Assembly (NCBI GenBank): GCA_965202585.1
Contig: OZ241830.1
Span: 71,548,001-71,612,000, forward strand
DNA: 64,000 nucleotides
Direction of reading: 5' to 3'
DNA from: Thalia democratica
Taxonomy: Eukaryota
Part shown: piece by piece, positions 50,364 to 64,000 of the stretch
Layout of the letters: every line of letters starts with the position of its first letter
Numbering within the stretch: the stretch's first letter is position 1
Notes under the pieces: model-generated
Databases searched by the model: none
What the model was told of the DNA's origin: nothing
The model's input: only the letters and a program-made list of their open reading frames with translations
Position numbers and translations under genes: made by a program

Positions 50364-52939
50364 CAGGATTTCCCAAACTCATTTACTAAATCGCCCCCTT
50401 TTCAGAAATTTGTAAAAATTTTCCCCCATGGTTGTATAAAGTTTTGTTTTTTCTTCTTGAGTACGCACTTTTGAGCCAAAAAAGTTGTATTCGAAAAATA
50501 ATTTAGTCTGGAACTTCTTATGCACGCACTTTTGGGCTGTGTTCAAAGTAATTTACAGTGCTTGAAAAAAATAATTTACAGTTGTTTTCTTATTAGCCTA
50601 TTAAAGTGTATCAAAATACTTAAATATTTAAAAGCCTTTTGTAATCTGTAATCAATTCTGTTTGCATATGAATTGTTTTGAAACTAATGAAACCTTTAAG
50701 TTACTTGTGGACAACTTTTGTAGTCAGCAAGTCATTTTTACTAAAAATCCTTTCTAGTGTCAACTTTAAAAAAACATTACTTGCGGGTTGCATAATTTCA
50801 AAAACTAACATATAAGAAAATTAAAAAACTCGAGCAAAATGGTAATAAATTGATTTACTATTATTGTGATCGGGAAATAATATTATGATCTGAAAACCAA
50901 ATTGAAAGCGTGTTTCAAAGTAGTAACTAATATTCATTAGGCTTTAAGCACACCAGTTGTAGAATAAATAACTTAATAAAATTGTTATTATAAAAAGGCT
51001 ACCTAAATACATACAAACCAGACTAAATAATAGGTACTATAAAAAATCAAATAAAATAGAAAAACTTAGAGAAAAAAATGTCTGCTACTGAAGTCTAACC
51101 TTATGTGAAGGATGACTGCTAGCAAGTCTTTCTATATCTAATTCTAAATCAGTCAAATAAAGCCTTAAGTCAACTCCTTTACAAATATATAGATTATAGT
51201 TTTTGCTCAAGATGTTGATAAGTGAACTTAAAGCTTTCTCAACAACATAGCTAGAAGGAAAAGCTATAAACAACAATCTAACTTCCTCCTAACAATCCAG
51301 TCATACACATAGTTCTTTCGAAAATCGTTTCATATCGTTCTTTCGAAAAATTTATTTTAAGTTCAAGGTCAGTTTGTAAGTCTGAGAAAGTTTCCTGTAA
51401 GTCAACGTTTACTTCAAAAATATCTGCTTCGAAGGGATCCATAATCCACTTCGGGACGTCTAATTGAAAAACGTCAGAAAATCGTTTATGAATATTATAT
51501 TTAAGCAGTTCCAGATGAGATGAAGATACTTCTACTACACTTTTATTTATTTGAAGTTTTAAGTTTTTTAAACTTGCGAACTGTGAAACTGATTATATTT
51601 GAATTTTTTTTCATACAGTTCAAGTTGGTTTGTGAAACTGGTTATCTTACTTTTGACTTTTACAAGATTTAAGTTTTTACCTTGTAAAGTTTTGTACAGA
51701 TTGTCGATCTTAGCATATAAGTCTGACGTGTAAGCAATGTCTATTTTTCTTTTAACAAGATTGTCTACCAATACCTTATCCTTTTCAGAAAAAAAAATCG
51801 ATAACTGAATTAAAAACAGCCAAAAACTTTCTAAATAGTTTCCTTTTGGTAACCATTTCACTTCTGTATACATTATCAACTTATGAAAAACCTCATCATT
51901 GTCATTGCAAAGCTGTTTAAGTAGATGACTTTGTAAAGCATGCCTTTTCATTTTTTTAACAGCTTTTATCATAAAAATTTGATGAATCATTTAAACGGAC
52001 GCTCAAATTTTTTGCAACTAAATGTTGGCAATGTATATCGCAATGAATAGTTAATTTATCATGGTTTAACTCTTTGTAATATGTGATTAATTTACGATAC
52101 TTTCCTATCATAGACAGAGCACCATCTGTTGCAATTTCTATAAGATGTTTTGAAGGTGTTTTATTTATTTCAAACTATTTTTTAACTTTCTAAACACAAT
52201 CCTTCCTGTGTTATGCGTTTCAGCTAGCTTGGAAAACGCTAGTTCTTCGTATGTTGTATCATCAACTATTAAACGCACGCAAACAAGAAAAGACATTTAT
52301 TTTCCGGAAAAGTGGACTCGTCAACCTGCATTGAAAAAAAATTATTGCACATCATTTGAACTAAATTTTGTTCAATACATTCTGACATTTCATCTATACG
52401 TCTTTTAACAGTTTTGTTGCTTAAAAGAATAGAACGTAAAACATTACTGATGTTTTTATATTGAATGACTTTTTCCTGAACTGTTTTTAAGACAAGAATA
52501 AACGTTTTTTTATCCATAGTGTGAGGAATTATGAGAAATAGACAATAAGAAGCTAATTGTCCATCTTTAATACTTTCTTGTAGATTTCGCGAACAGGTTT
52601 GTGATTTTACACTGTTTTGTTTTCTCATCTCGTCGTTTTCTGAAAAAAATCTACATTTTTATTTAAAAGTTCGGAATGAAATCTATACTTTACGTAAACA
52701 AAATAGACTTTTTTTGTTAAAGTTTTACCTCAGGGTCAAATATTCAATGGCAAACTCAAATTAGTAAAAAAACAAGTTAGAAAGTAAAAATATTTTATGA
52801 CTGTCCAAAACTATAAAATTGCCCCCCATTCGCCCCCTTACTAGTTATCGCCCCCTCCCCTTTCGCCCCCCCCCCCTTTCGCCCCTTTACTAAAATTCGC
52901 CCCCCAACTTACTAAAATCGCCCACTTTGGGAAACCCTG
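50364..52939 (-). mobile_element. Composite Buster/Charlie hAT element, copy 2
   Basis: TIRs caggatttcccaaa / tttgggaaaccctg and TCGCCCCC subterminal arrays. The right flank atctagac fits the NTCTAGAN target consensus but the left flank does not match. Confidence 0.85.
51100..52700 (-). pseudogene. Decayed Buster transposase (ZBED5/SCAND3-like)
   Basis: ORFs 52269-52628 (LSNKTVKRRIDEMS...FSMQVDEST) and 51568-51990 (YTEVKWLPKG), plus IHCDIHCQHLVAKNL and AFPSSYVVEKALS. Frameshifts and stops separate them. Confidence 0.9.
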
Positions 52940-55900
52940 ATCTAGACTAAATCACTAATTTTTAGCTGACAAGTAGGTGTTCAAACACTTATACTAAAAA
53001 ATAAGAAGTGAATATAAGGTTCTGAGTAAATAGTTGAAGATTAAAAGCACAGAAATAAACTAACTTAAATAAACTATCTGTTAAGGCCTCTTTAGTTGTA
53101 AAAAAGTATTAAAATATTAGAACTTTTAATAAAGTGTAATGTTAGTCTCAACGGTCTTTCTTTGATTTTTATTTTGCTATTTTGTATATGCTTGTATTAT
53201 TCAACAATAAAGTGACGAAGTTTAAATTATTAAGTTTATGATTTTAGCTTTTAGATTTTAAAGTTACAGTTCTTTAAACAAACTTCGGTGTATACTTTAA
53301 AACTTCTTTATATAAAACTAATAACATCTTTTAATGCTTAGAGAAAGATAAATAGAGTGTTATAAAGAAGAACCTAAAGATTTTTTTAATGTATCAACCC
53401 TAAAAAACCGTTTAGAAAAAAACTTAAATTGTTTTAGTAAAAGTATGTAAATTACTGCTATTTTACTCGGAAAACCGACTATACACAATAAAAAGCAACC
53501 GAATCAATGTTATTTTAAAATAGAACAAAAGAATACTTTACTTAAACTAAATTCATTATAAACATTCAAAGGCACCCGTATTTTTTTGACTGCATTTTGA
53601 AACAAAATTACTTTATAGTTTAATTTTTATTTCTTTTTTTTTATTGTGCAAGCGTTGGACTTGAGCATCAGCATTCGAGCCGCTAAAACAAAAATCAGAT
53701 AAAGATGAAATACATAAACTTAAAGAAACAAAATATAAAGCAGACAAAATTAAACACTAAAAAAAACGCACAAAACATAAATTGTTATTACAATAGAAAT
53801 AACATGAACACTAAGTGTAAAAAATGAACACATCATTTTTAGGTAAACGGTTTTTATGAAGCTCCTTTGAACTAGGGCTTCCAAAACTTTTATTCAAAAG
53901 GCCCCCTTTATAGAAATTAAAAATGCTATGGCCCCTCAAACAAGATTTCTCTAAAAACAGCTTCTTTTACAAGAAAATTATTGTTAGATAATTGTTTTAG
54001 TTAATAAAAAAAAACTATACAGTAATCTTCTATATTGTACCAACATATGTTTATGTGTGTTAACGAATAAACACACTTCAACTGGATTTTTAATGGAAAG
54101 AAATGGTTTTATTTTATTTATATTCCAGTGAACTTGTTTCACTAAGATCTTTTCTTAGCAAACGATTAAATCTATCTTTTGAACAGAACAGTTATTTCAG
54201 TTAATATGTATTTACTTTTAGTAAATATAAGAATGTGATCATAAAAGAGTTTATGTTTACTATTTAAAATTTAAAAAGAATTAAAAAGGAAAGTTTTTTT
54301 TTCCCGAGACTTCAAACCAAGTGTAGTCAATCATTGCTTTTATGGGTTAAACAAAATTTATTTTATTTATAAAAAATTAAAGCAATTTTTTCTTAGAGCA
54401 TTTCTCTTCAACAACATGTTACAACATTGAATAAAGCAACTAAATTACTTAAAAATTTATTACACAAAAACATAATAAAAAACTTTATTATGATTTAAAA
54501 CATTACTTGACATTGATAGAATTAAGAAAACCTTTTTACCTTACAACATTGATTTATTGTTTTGAAATTTTGTAAACCGGTTTTGCAATGTTTCATGATT
54601 TTTTTTTTAATTTAAAGTTTTTATTAGTCTTTGATATGCAACTGAGTCAAATACCTTTTGATTGTCAGTATAGACAACTTTGATAAACTCAATATCAAGG
54701 TAAGTAAACAAAAGTAAGTATTGGCCAAGAAAACAGGCACGTCAACAGCCGAATAGATGATTAGTAACTTGGGAAAAATATAGATAGTTCAGGTGTTAAG
54801 ATAAAAAAATGATTAAATTTTTTTTACACACAATGTATTCGAAAATTCTAAAAAAGCTACTAGTTAAGGATTGTCTACAGTTTAACAAATTATGTTTTGT
54901 ACCTTTCGTTGTGTAATGAAACAATGATAGTTCTAAAAGAAAAATAAACAATAACGATTTAAAGTTTTTTGGTATAGTAGATATTACAAAAGGGAAAATT
55001 AAAATTTAGAAACTAAGGAAACGTGATAGAACAGAAACTGCTTGTTGAATAAAATACAGTGGAATGTTTTCAGCTGATCTAAAACTTTTTTTTTAAATGA
55101 ATAATTGAGTTGTTAGTTTCATCGTAACTTATGTAAAAAATCTCCAACTTTATTGCAGATTTTGAGAGTTTGTTTAAAGCCTTAGTGGTCTTGGTTCTGT
55201 TAAAAAACATTTTGAAAATTTAAGAGTGAGGCTCTTTGAAAATAGAAGTCAACGGAACATTGGTATCATTGCAAAAAGATAGTGATGAAAAGTTTTAATT
55301 TCGAACTGACGGAGCTGTAGAACTTTTTTGAACTTTTTGCCAAAACTCTCACCGTCTTCAAACTTTTTTAATATTTAGAGTTATACATTTTAACAGCTAA
55401 CTGATACTCGTTTTATTTATCCTTATAGTTTTTGAAAAGTTATTTGCTTATCCTATATATTTATCAAAAGATAGTTTTGTATTAATATTGTTTAACAAGA
55501 GAATTTATTTTTCTCACTGTATAAATGAACAGAGCGTTTGATAAATTTTAATGTTAATCTAATTAACGTATCATAATTATGGTGTAAGATTGTTCCTTTG
55601 TTAAATAATGAAGTCTGATTTATGTATTGATATTAATACATTCTACTTTTTAGAATTTATGAAGTTTTTTTAGGGTTTGCTGCTATGTTATTTCCAGCTC
55701 TAATTTTAAGTGAAAACAAGTTGTCGTCAAAGCAGCTGTTAAAGGAATAATAACTGAATAGAATACCACTCTATATAAACCAAGATATGGTTGCAGGTTA
55801 TAAGATCAAGCATATTTACATTTTTGTGTGTTGGAGTTTCAATTATCTGAGTATTTTAATCAGTATAGAAACTAAGAAGGTTTTCATGGGATTAATTGTA

Positions 55901-58101
55901 GGTTGTACTGCGAATTTTCCAATCTTTACGTGGCAATTAAAAGTCTTTGAAAACACAAATAAACAGGTATTTGGGGAAAAGTATTAGTTAAATTAATTTT
56001 TTTTTTACAACTGATGAACATTTTTCGAGTTTGTTTTGAGAAAGGTATTTATAGAAAATTACATAGTTTTAAATTGCAAAAAAAAAACATCTACAAATAG
56101 ATACTAAAATTTAATTTTTTGTAACAGGAAAAGAAATTGTAGTTTGTATAACGTTTAAAGAATTTTTTTGAAGGACAGCAACACCTCCATCCCTACTTTA
56201 TTTATCTTTTTGACTAATTTCACTGATTTAAGGTGTCAGTTTAGTTTCAGCTAAAAGAGTAAACCAACATTTTTATAATCTTATTTAATCTAACTCCGTT
56301 TAAATTTTACAAAGCTACTTTTATAGTTTAAAAAAAAAAAACGTATTACTAACATTTTTAAAGACTTACTATTAATATTAAATTAGTAATTATCAATTAA
56401 ATTAATAAGTATTAATAATAAAATTAAATTATTTGTTTGTTTGTTTACTAATAAGTTATTAGTACTTATTAGTGCTTACACTGTCAGCTGCAAATCTAAG
56501 GCCCTTCTGATTGCTTCATGGTCGAAAATGACTTGAAACATTAAGGGTCAAAGGCTAAAAAGTAGTCCAATCAGAAGCCGTTTTGGTTTAAGAAGAAAAA
56601 TCACAAAAACCAGTTTTTGCTAAATGATGTTATAACACACCATATCCAGATTTCATTATAGAATAGACATTAAATCTCCAGGGAGCTGTATGAGGAAACT
56701 TATAGTAAGTTTAAATTAATTTTTAAGTAAAAGCTTTTTCTACAGTTAAAATAAAAAAAAATATAATATCTTTGAGTTAATCCTGTGTGACCTTTTAGTG
56801 TAAAGGTCTGAATGATGAATTCAAAACTCTTTGAGTTGAAAACTTTAAGATCAAAACCTAGTGGTTGATACATAAAAAAACTCTTAATATTAACCAAGTA
56901 AAAATAATTTTTTGTATATGTCTTATTAAGGCCATAGCATTGGTCCAAGTTTTTTTAAACATATTGAGTCTTAATTGAAATTTTAGAGTTTATCCTATAA
57001 GATACTTTTTAAAGAACAACTCTTAGTTTCCCAAACTTAAGTTTGTAATTTCCTTGTTTGGCAGATATTTAAAACAGTTTAAATTAAGTCCTAACCCCTT
57101 TTTATAAATTATTTACCTTTAGACATTTAATTTTTTGCTTATTACCAGATATTGCCCAACATTGCATATTTTGGGAAGTTTGTTTAAAATTTTATCTAAT
57201 AGTTAAATATTAAAAACAAGCTTACAAGCTACTGAGTGAAATTCTATGACTTCAAAAACATCAAAGTTGCCTCCTTTTTCCCTTTAACTTGTTTACTATA
57301 AGTGCTCAATAAAAGGCTTAATATCTCCCTTTTTATAAATCGTACTTAAATTTATGTTACAGAACCTAATTGTAATACCTAATATCTCTTTAATTTTTCT
57401 CGTAGAAAACCTATTTAAAGTAGCAGTTTGATACACAAAAAGACCTCTCCGTCATTGAGTTGCATACCCAACTAAATCAAAATTATAATGAGCTACAAAT
57501 GAAAAAAAGTTAATAGAATTAATTAAATTCTACACAAAAACTTGTTCTTTCAAAAACCTGCATTAAATTTGTAAAAAATTCAAAGCCTAGCCTGTTAAAA
57601 ATTTAAGTTAATTTATTTCTTTATATTTTAAGTGAGTTTTAAATTACTTTTACTTGTACCATAATTTGCTTGTGTAACTTTTCAACGTATTGTTTATTGG
57701 CTGCAAAAATGCGCTCAATAAGTATATAAAGTTATTTCAAATTAAGTGTTTCAAAATGTGTATGCGTTTGTAAATATCATTTTAAAAGTTATTTATTTAT
57801 TTTCTATAAATATTGTCATTAAGACACTTGAATTTAAATTTTAAGTTTCTACTAATGATAAATACAGATAACATAAACTATTGCATTTTTACAAATTGAG
57901 TGGAGTTTAGTTATTTTTCATTTTGAATTTGCTATATGTTTTTGACTTATTTAATCTATCCAGGTGGAGCTTCAATTTTCAAGTTATGTTTTTAGTATAT
58001 TATATCTTTGTTTTGTGAACCTACTTTACAAGTTTAAAAAGTTTGATGATTTTTTATTATCTAAATACTATCTGAAGTTATTCACATACTATTACTAGTT
58101 C

Positions 58102-58320
58102 TAGGGTTGCCACAAAACCTAAATTCCTGAATAAACCTGTAATTTGACAATTTGCCTAAAAAATAAACTGGGTTTTGAGAAATTTTGAAAAAAAAAAACT
58201 TGAACTTGGAACAAAAAATGTTTGAAAAACCTGAAACTTTAAATAACTTTTACTGTTTAGTAGTGAAATTTCAGTTTGACACAACAAAACTCAAGCTCTA
58301 AGTTATAAGCACTATTCAGT
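58102..58320. mobile_element. hAT MITE left portion
   Basis: Starts tagggttgccac and carries aaacctg repeats. Same family as 60548-60871. Confidence 0.55.
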
Positions 58321-60547
58321 TGTTACAGAATCAAAAAAATAAAAAAAAACTGATGAAATATTGTAGTTTTTGTAAAAATTCTTTGATAAAAACATATAGA
58401 CCAAAAATTTTACAGTGTCAGTTTTCTTGGAAATTAAAAAAAAATCATTAAAAATCTTTATTGATCTTTTATTTTGAGCTAGAGACCTCAAACTTTTAGA
58501 AAATCTTGTTTGAATAATTAAAACGACCATCAATTTTTAAATTTAAAAAAATAAAAATTGTTGAAGCAAAAAAAAAAAAGAAAAAGTTGGTTTTAAATAA
58601 ATATTTTGTTTTTCAAAGTTAGAAATCCTGCATTTATTCAACTTGAATATTTGTAATGGACTTTCTGCGAATATTTAAATATATTGGTAAAAATATGAAA
58701 GATGAGATAGATTCGTATTGAAATTATTTTTTTTAGGGTTTTTAGTTTGTGCCTTCCATTAAAAGCTTATTAGGTTCTTCAACTTTGATTATTTATATCT
58801 TAAAAATTACTTGAGAGTTTTTTCAATTGGTAAAAAATGTCTGATAGCACAGATAAAACTCAACAAAACAAGAACCACTCCAAAAATCAAGGTGGACCCC
58901 TCTATGACCTTAATTTTATTTGTTGAGTTTTATATTAGCTATCAGATACTTTCCTCAACTAAATTTAGAGCAACTTTTGAGATTATGAGGTTAAAATTGG
59001 TGAGTTCAATAGGCTCTTTTTGGAAGATGCAAACTAACAAGTAGAAATGAACTATTTCACTAAAAATCAATCTCTAACTCATTTAGATACTAGTTTTTTT
59101 CAATTTGTTTAGAATTCTTTAACTACTATTTAAATCTTTTAAATGTTGAACACTTTTTGAATTTTACTTTTGAAAAGAAAACATATTAAAAGTATAATAT
59201 TTTTTTTTTCAGAAGTTTCTGTTTTTTAATGTATTTTAATACTCAAAGTATTCAAACTATTAAAGAAATTTTTCTTGAAAAGTTAAGTTTAATTTCTCAA
59301 AAAAAAAAGAAGATAATAGCTTAGTAGTAAATGTTTAAATGTGTGATTAAATTGATAAAGACAAAATTGCGGCCCATAAGTTTATATCAGATACTTAAAA
59401 AAATTAACTTTAACTCAGAAATTTATTAAGATTTTGTACTAAACAAAAGTTGACTTGTAGTTAATACTTAGAGCTTTAAAATAAAACCCAATATAAATTT
59501 TGAAATAAGAATAAAAAAGTCTTACACCTTATCCCTTTAATAGCACTGATGTGTGCTGAAAAACAATATATAAGTTAAAAAATAATGCATATCTGAAAAT
59601 TTAATTGTTTTGCAAAACTAATTTCATAGCTATAAAATACATTTCAAGCAAAAGTTTTTGCAAAATATTTGGTTAATCAGATATGGTAAGTAAAAGTGGG
59701 ATTTATACTTCTTATTTAGATAATGTAGGAGTTAGGGGCATAGGGGGTAAATTACTTATTTCACAAATTGATCTTATTTTGTTGAGTTTTACTAGGCTAC
59801 AAGTTGCTTTTTACAGATTTAAAAAATTGAAAATAATTTTTGAAATAAAGCTGGTCAAAGCTGAAGACCACAATAGGTTTCTTATGGGATTTTATAAGTC
59901 TTATCTTTAAAAGAATTAAATCCTAAACATGGGTTGTTTTAATATTGAAGCATTATTAATTATATAATTGAAATGCATTTTGCAAAAAAAAAACATTAAA
60001 AATGACAATACAGTAAACATTAATTTTTTTTTGAATACAAAATTATGGACATGAACTGCCAAATTATACACAATGTTACTAAACATCATACAAATGAAAA
60101 GTAACAACCATTAAATAATATATTGTAATAATTTATTTCTCACAGGTGAGGTCAACACACACACAGAAGTTGAATTTGGAGTTCAACTTCAATCAAACAG
60201 AATTGAATGAATTGGAGAGAGCCAGAGGATTTTTGCTGCCAAACTTTTAATCAGAAAGTATTATTTTGACAGATTATTTGTTTAATGGCAGGTTTGTTTC
60301 GATTGCTTGTTAGGGAAATTTCGATTCAACATTTCAAACACTGGTAATGCTCTTTAAAAGTTAAGCTTTGATAACTGGTTGATCCAGTATTTTCAAAATA
60401 TTGTTTAACAGTAAAATACATTTTAGAAACATAATCAGCAATAAGCTTTGTTTCTTTTAAATTGTAAAAAGCATTTTATGGTTACTGTCTTACCTTTTCA
60501 ATTCCCCATTTAATTGGGTAGCAGCACAGTTAAATTTATTTATAATA

Positions 60548-60871
60548 CAGGGTTGTCACTTAACCTGGAAAAACCTGGAATCTGACATTTTAAGCAAAAA
60601 CAAACCTGGAAAAACCTGGAATTTTTACAATATCCACATGCTTAGTAGTAAAATTTCGATTTGACTCAAAAAAATTTATCATATAAAAAAAAAACCAAAA
60701 ATTTTTCTTATTAACAAACATATTTGAAGTATTTATTACTGTATCTTCTCAATGTTTTTAAACTATTTAACAAAGTTTCTTACCTATACCTTGACTTAAA
60801 ACTAAAAATAGACCCTAAATGTGTACTTATAAAAACCTGGAAAAATCTTGAAAAAACGAGTGGCAAACCTG
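60548..60871. mobile_element. Complete hAT MITE
   Basis: TIRs cagggttgtcact / agtggcaaacctg with aaaaacctggaa subterminal repeats. The TSD has eroded. Confidence 0.7.
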
Positions 60872-61039
60872 ATCATTTAAGAGTTTTTAATTTGTTGAAT
60901 ATCTTAAATCCTGAGAAGGCAATTATTATTTTTTATCTACTATAATAGCACTAACAGCAATTATTAACTAACTTATTAACTAATTTTTTTTCACTCACGT
61001 TTGGTTAATATATTTTTACTTCTTCTATCAAATCTGATG

Positions 61040-61800
61040 AAAATTTAGTTAAGTACACGGTAATTTTTTTTTGTCAAATAACTGCGCAATGCGTAAGTGG
61101 CCAGAAAACTTGAACCTTTCTACAATATTTAGATATACACTGCCGCAAACCTCTTTTTCAGCAGCAGAGAGATTTACAGACTCATGATCTGTTATGATTG
61201 AATTTATAATTCTAGCAACTAAGTTTTGAAAATTGCGTACATGGTCCTCTGCCTTTTTAACGGTCAAACTAGTGCTCTGCATTACCTTGTACAAAATTTC
61301 TACTTCAGGCATTAATGCAGCAAATACACTGAGCCAAATAAGAAATTTATTGTCTTCTAAAGTTTTGATGCGTTTGCGGCAGCAAAAATTGTTGGCAAAC
61401 CGTATCAATCTGAAGAATTTACAATTGATTTAAATCCATTGAGCAATTCATCTAAGTTCATGGCAATTTTTCATACTGTTCTTGAGCTGTAGTTCCATTG
61501 TGTTCTGGAGCCTAAAGAAACAGAGACTTCAATAGCCTGTTTTTCTCTGGCGATTTAGAAAAAAAAGTTTGGAATTTGATTGAGTTTTGCAAAGAATAGC
61601 CTTGCTACATTGTTGCAACTGCCATCTCTTGATAAAACCAAATTTACTTGGTGAGCAGCACAATGTACATAATGTGCGATGTGGTATAATTCTTTCTCCT
61701 TGACATGAACTTCTTCAATTCGTCCCTTCATCACTGATACATCATCATACGTCTGGGCGATTACTTTCTTTTTATTATCTTGTAAAATTTTGGCTAGTAT
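61040..61800 (-). pseudogene. Decayed hAT transposase (ZMYM1-like)
   Basis: Hand translation IAQTYDDVSVMKG...HYVHCAAHQVNLVL matches the QxYDGAxxMxG...HCxAHxLNL motif. It is followed by ORF 61049-61408 (FLIWLSVFAALMPEVEILYKVMQS). Confidence 0.8.
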
Positions 61801-62959
61801 ATATTATAGGATTTTTAATTATGAATTTAAGATTAAGTTGTGAAAGTATTAGATGGTTTGCTTAAAAATTGTAGAAAAACATAAATATTTATTCAAATAA
61901 TATTTTTGCTTTTTTTTACTTTTCCCTTCCAAAAAGTTTAAATAAGGTCAACATCTTAAAAAGTCCTTTACCCGCTTGTGCCCTTAAATAATGTAGTTTT
62001 TTTATTTAAACTTTACTTAAAAGCATCTACTAAAATAAAAAAAAAAACACTTTAAAAGAAAAACCTATTGTTTTCGTTTCGAATTCTTCTATATTTTCTT
62101 TGAGATTGTTGTTAAGTTCGATTTGGTCTTTCTTTTTTTACTCATTCAGGGTTGCATATCTAAAACATACTAAAGTTAGGTATATTTCTTTGGTTTAACA
62201 AAAAAATCGTCTTAATTGCCATTAAAACTTGACGGTTTTAGCATTTGGACTAGTTTTACACAGACAAAAGGTTATACTGTCTTCTGCTACAGCTTGTTGG
62301 CTAGCTTCTAAGATCTCATCAGTCATTTTCGTTAAAATACTTTATGATTTCGCATGTAAACCATTTCATTGAGTTAGAATAAGAAACAAATTACAACCCT
62401 AAATCATTCTAAGAAAGTTATTGGTGCAGTTGTAAAAAGTATACATAAAGTAATTGTATAGGCCCTATACAATATACATAGGGGTTGTTTTCAGAAAATG
62501 TAAATAGCGTGACGGTGGTAATAGCTATTTTTTGTCTTTGTTACTCTTTTGACCACCTGGTAAAGCCATTTTAATAACTCATACTTGTTTACTAATAATT
62601 TTTAAATAATTTCACACCTTTTCTTGTCCGGTTTCTTGATTTAGCTCATCTATTGCTGATTCAACTTTTTTCTGCCAAGATGAGTTTTGTTTTTAAACCT
62701 CTGATTTGCGTTTGGTATCTGTATTTCGCTTATATTTCCTTTTTTGTTTCCTGTAACAATTTAATTTAAATTAGATGTCAAGGAAATTTAGATTAGATTT
62801 CTACTATTTCATAGCTTTTGTTAATCATTTCCCTTGGTTTAAATCTGTATTCCTAATTGAAATTCTAAATACTAACATAAATCAATATTAGCATTTAAAA
62901 TTAAGAAAAGAATAATTTATTTAAGAAAACACAGTGGCCCACAGACACTTCACACAGAG

Positions 62960-63600
62960 TTAGCTAAATTAGACCTGAGACATTTATTTTACTACTTGAT
63001 GGACCTAGACTGCTCTTACTTAAAGTATTCGGTGGCTCAAAGACTTAAGAAGATTTAGCTAAATTATGTACCATACCTTTCTTAACCAAAATGGGACTCG
63101 AGACATTTACTTTACTGTTTGATGGACCTAGAACCCTCTTACCCAGAATATTCATTGGCTCAAAAACTTAAGAAGAGACTTATAGATTTGGTACCAACAC
63201 TTTCTTAACCAATTTTAATGGACCTGAGACAAGATCACCATATGTACTAGGTGAACTATTTGTTGAGTTCCTGTAAGGGAAAAATAAATAATCTTAGAAA
63301 AACCTAAATCAAGTAAATTTTCAACATTTTTTACTTAATTTTTAAATAAAAGATTCATTAATTTTTAACAATAATTTTTAATTAAGAATTAGCTAAATTA
63401 GGTACCATCCCTTTCTTTTTTTTGGGACCAATTTTAATGGACCTGAGACAAGATCACAATGTGTACTAGGTGAACTATTTGTTGAGTCCCTGTGAAGGAA
63501 AAATAGATAATGTTTAGAAAAATCCCAATCAAGTTAATTTTCAACATTAAAAATTTTTTTTTATAAAAATAAAAGATTCATTAATTTTTAACAATAATTT
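62960..63600 (+). repeat. Two adjacent imperfect tandem duplications (about 110 bp and about 220 bp units)
   Basis: ttagctaaatt...gagacattt..tact..ttgatggacctag occurs twice. ttttaatggacctgagacaagatcac...gtactaggtgaactatttgttgagt occurs at about 63215 and 63432. Confidence 0.8.
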
Positions 63601-64000
63601 TTCAAAATTATTTGTTGAAATATCTTCTGGAAATTTTTCTTTTATTTCAATAATGAACTCTATGAATTTGTTGGGCATTTTTAATTTTAAACAAATTATA
63701 AAAATAAACCTAAGCATGATAAAATTTTTAAGTAATCATAGCTTGAAAAAAAAGTATTTATCTTGTATAGAATATAAATAGTATGAGGCAATATTATTAA
63801 ATCAATCTCAGTATTTAGCAAATACTTCGAAAAGATCTTTCATTTATTATAAACAAATATTTTTAATTCTTATTTATTAAAATAGAAATATTCACGGAGC
63901 AGTTTATTTTTGATCTACAATTGCTAAGTTTTTTGTTTCTATCTGATTTCTTCATAAGCTTTTTGTTGTGTGAATTTGTAATGGCCATAACGTTTGGTGT

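Noticed and set aside
54620-54705. AG...GTAAGT-bounded segment as a coding exon
   Set aside because: Stops occur in all three frames, so at most it is a non-coding exon.
56700-57500. Possible Tc1-like transposase remnant (FSTRKIKEILGI)
   Set aside because: Only a weak HTH-like resemblance, with no DDE motifs or TIRs found.
7249-60945. Numerous 60-90 aa F/L/I/K-rich ORFs in the track (e.g. 7249, 12604, 17716, 21252, 27365, 34129, 38287, 58312, 59916, 60724)
   Set aside because: Their composition simply mirrors AT-rich or MITE DNA, many begin at non-ATG codons, and none has a recognisable motif.

Overview
Very AT-rich, repeat-dense eukaryotic DNA with spliceosomal introns. The composition and repeat spectrum are consistent with a cnidarian such as Hydra (inference, not proven). 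I reconstructed two multi-exon host genes by hand on the minus strand. One is a divergent casein kinase 1 (5 exons, 28634-30621, 300 aa). The other is a secreted laccase-type multicopper oxidase (13 exons, 38539-45277, 597 aa, all copper-binding His/Cys present). There is also an intronless RING-finger ORF (9613-9981, +). The rest is mostly mobile DNA: a 5'-truncated CR1 LINE with an intact 992-codon ORF2, two related composite Buster/Charlie hAT elements, decayed hAT, Penelope and probable Gypsy remnants, a probable solo LTR, many MITEs, a long palindrome, 31-bp arrays and a 1.7-2.8 kb dispersed duplication. Best leads: (1) a possible +1 ribosomal frameshift signal (CCC_UUU_CGG plus GC hairpin) in the CR1 ORF1/ORF2 overlap, where ORF2 has no AUG before its endonuclease domain; (2) an atypical type-1 copper loop in the laccase; (3) a CK1 with altered anion-binding residues. 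No prokaryotic genes, tRNA, rRNA or CRISPR arrays were seen.
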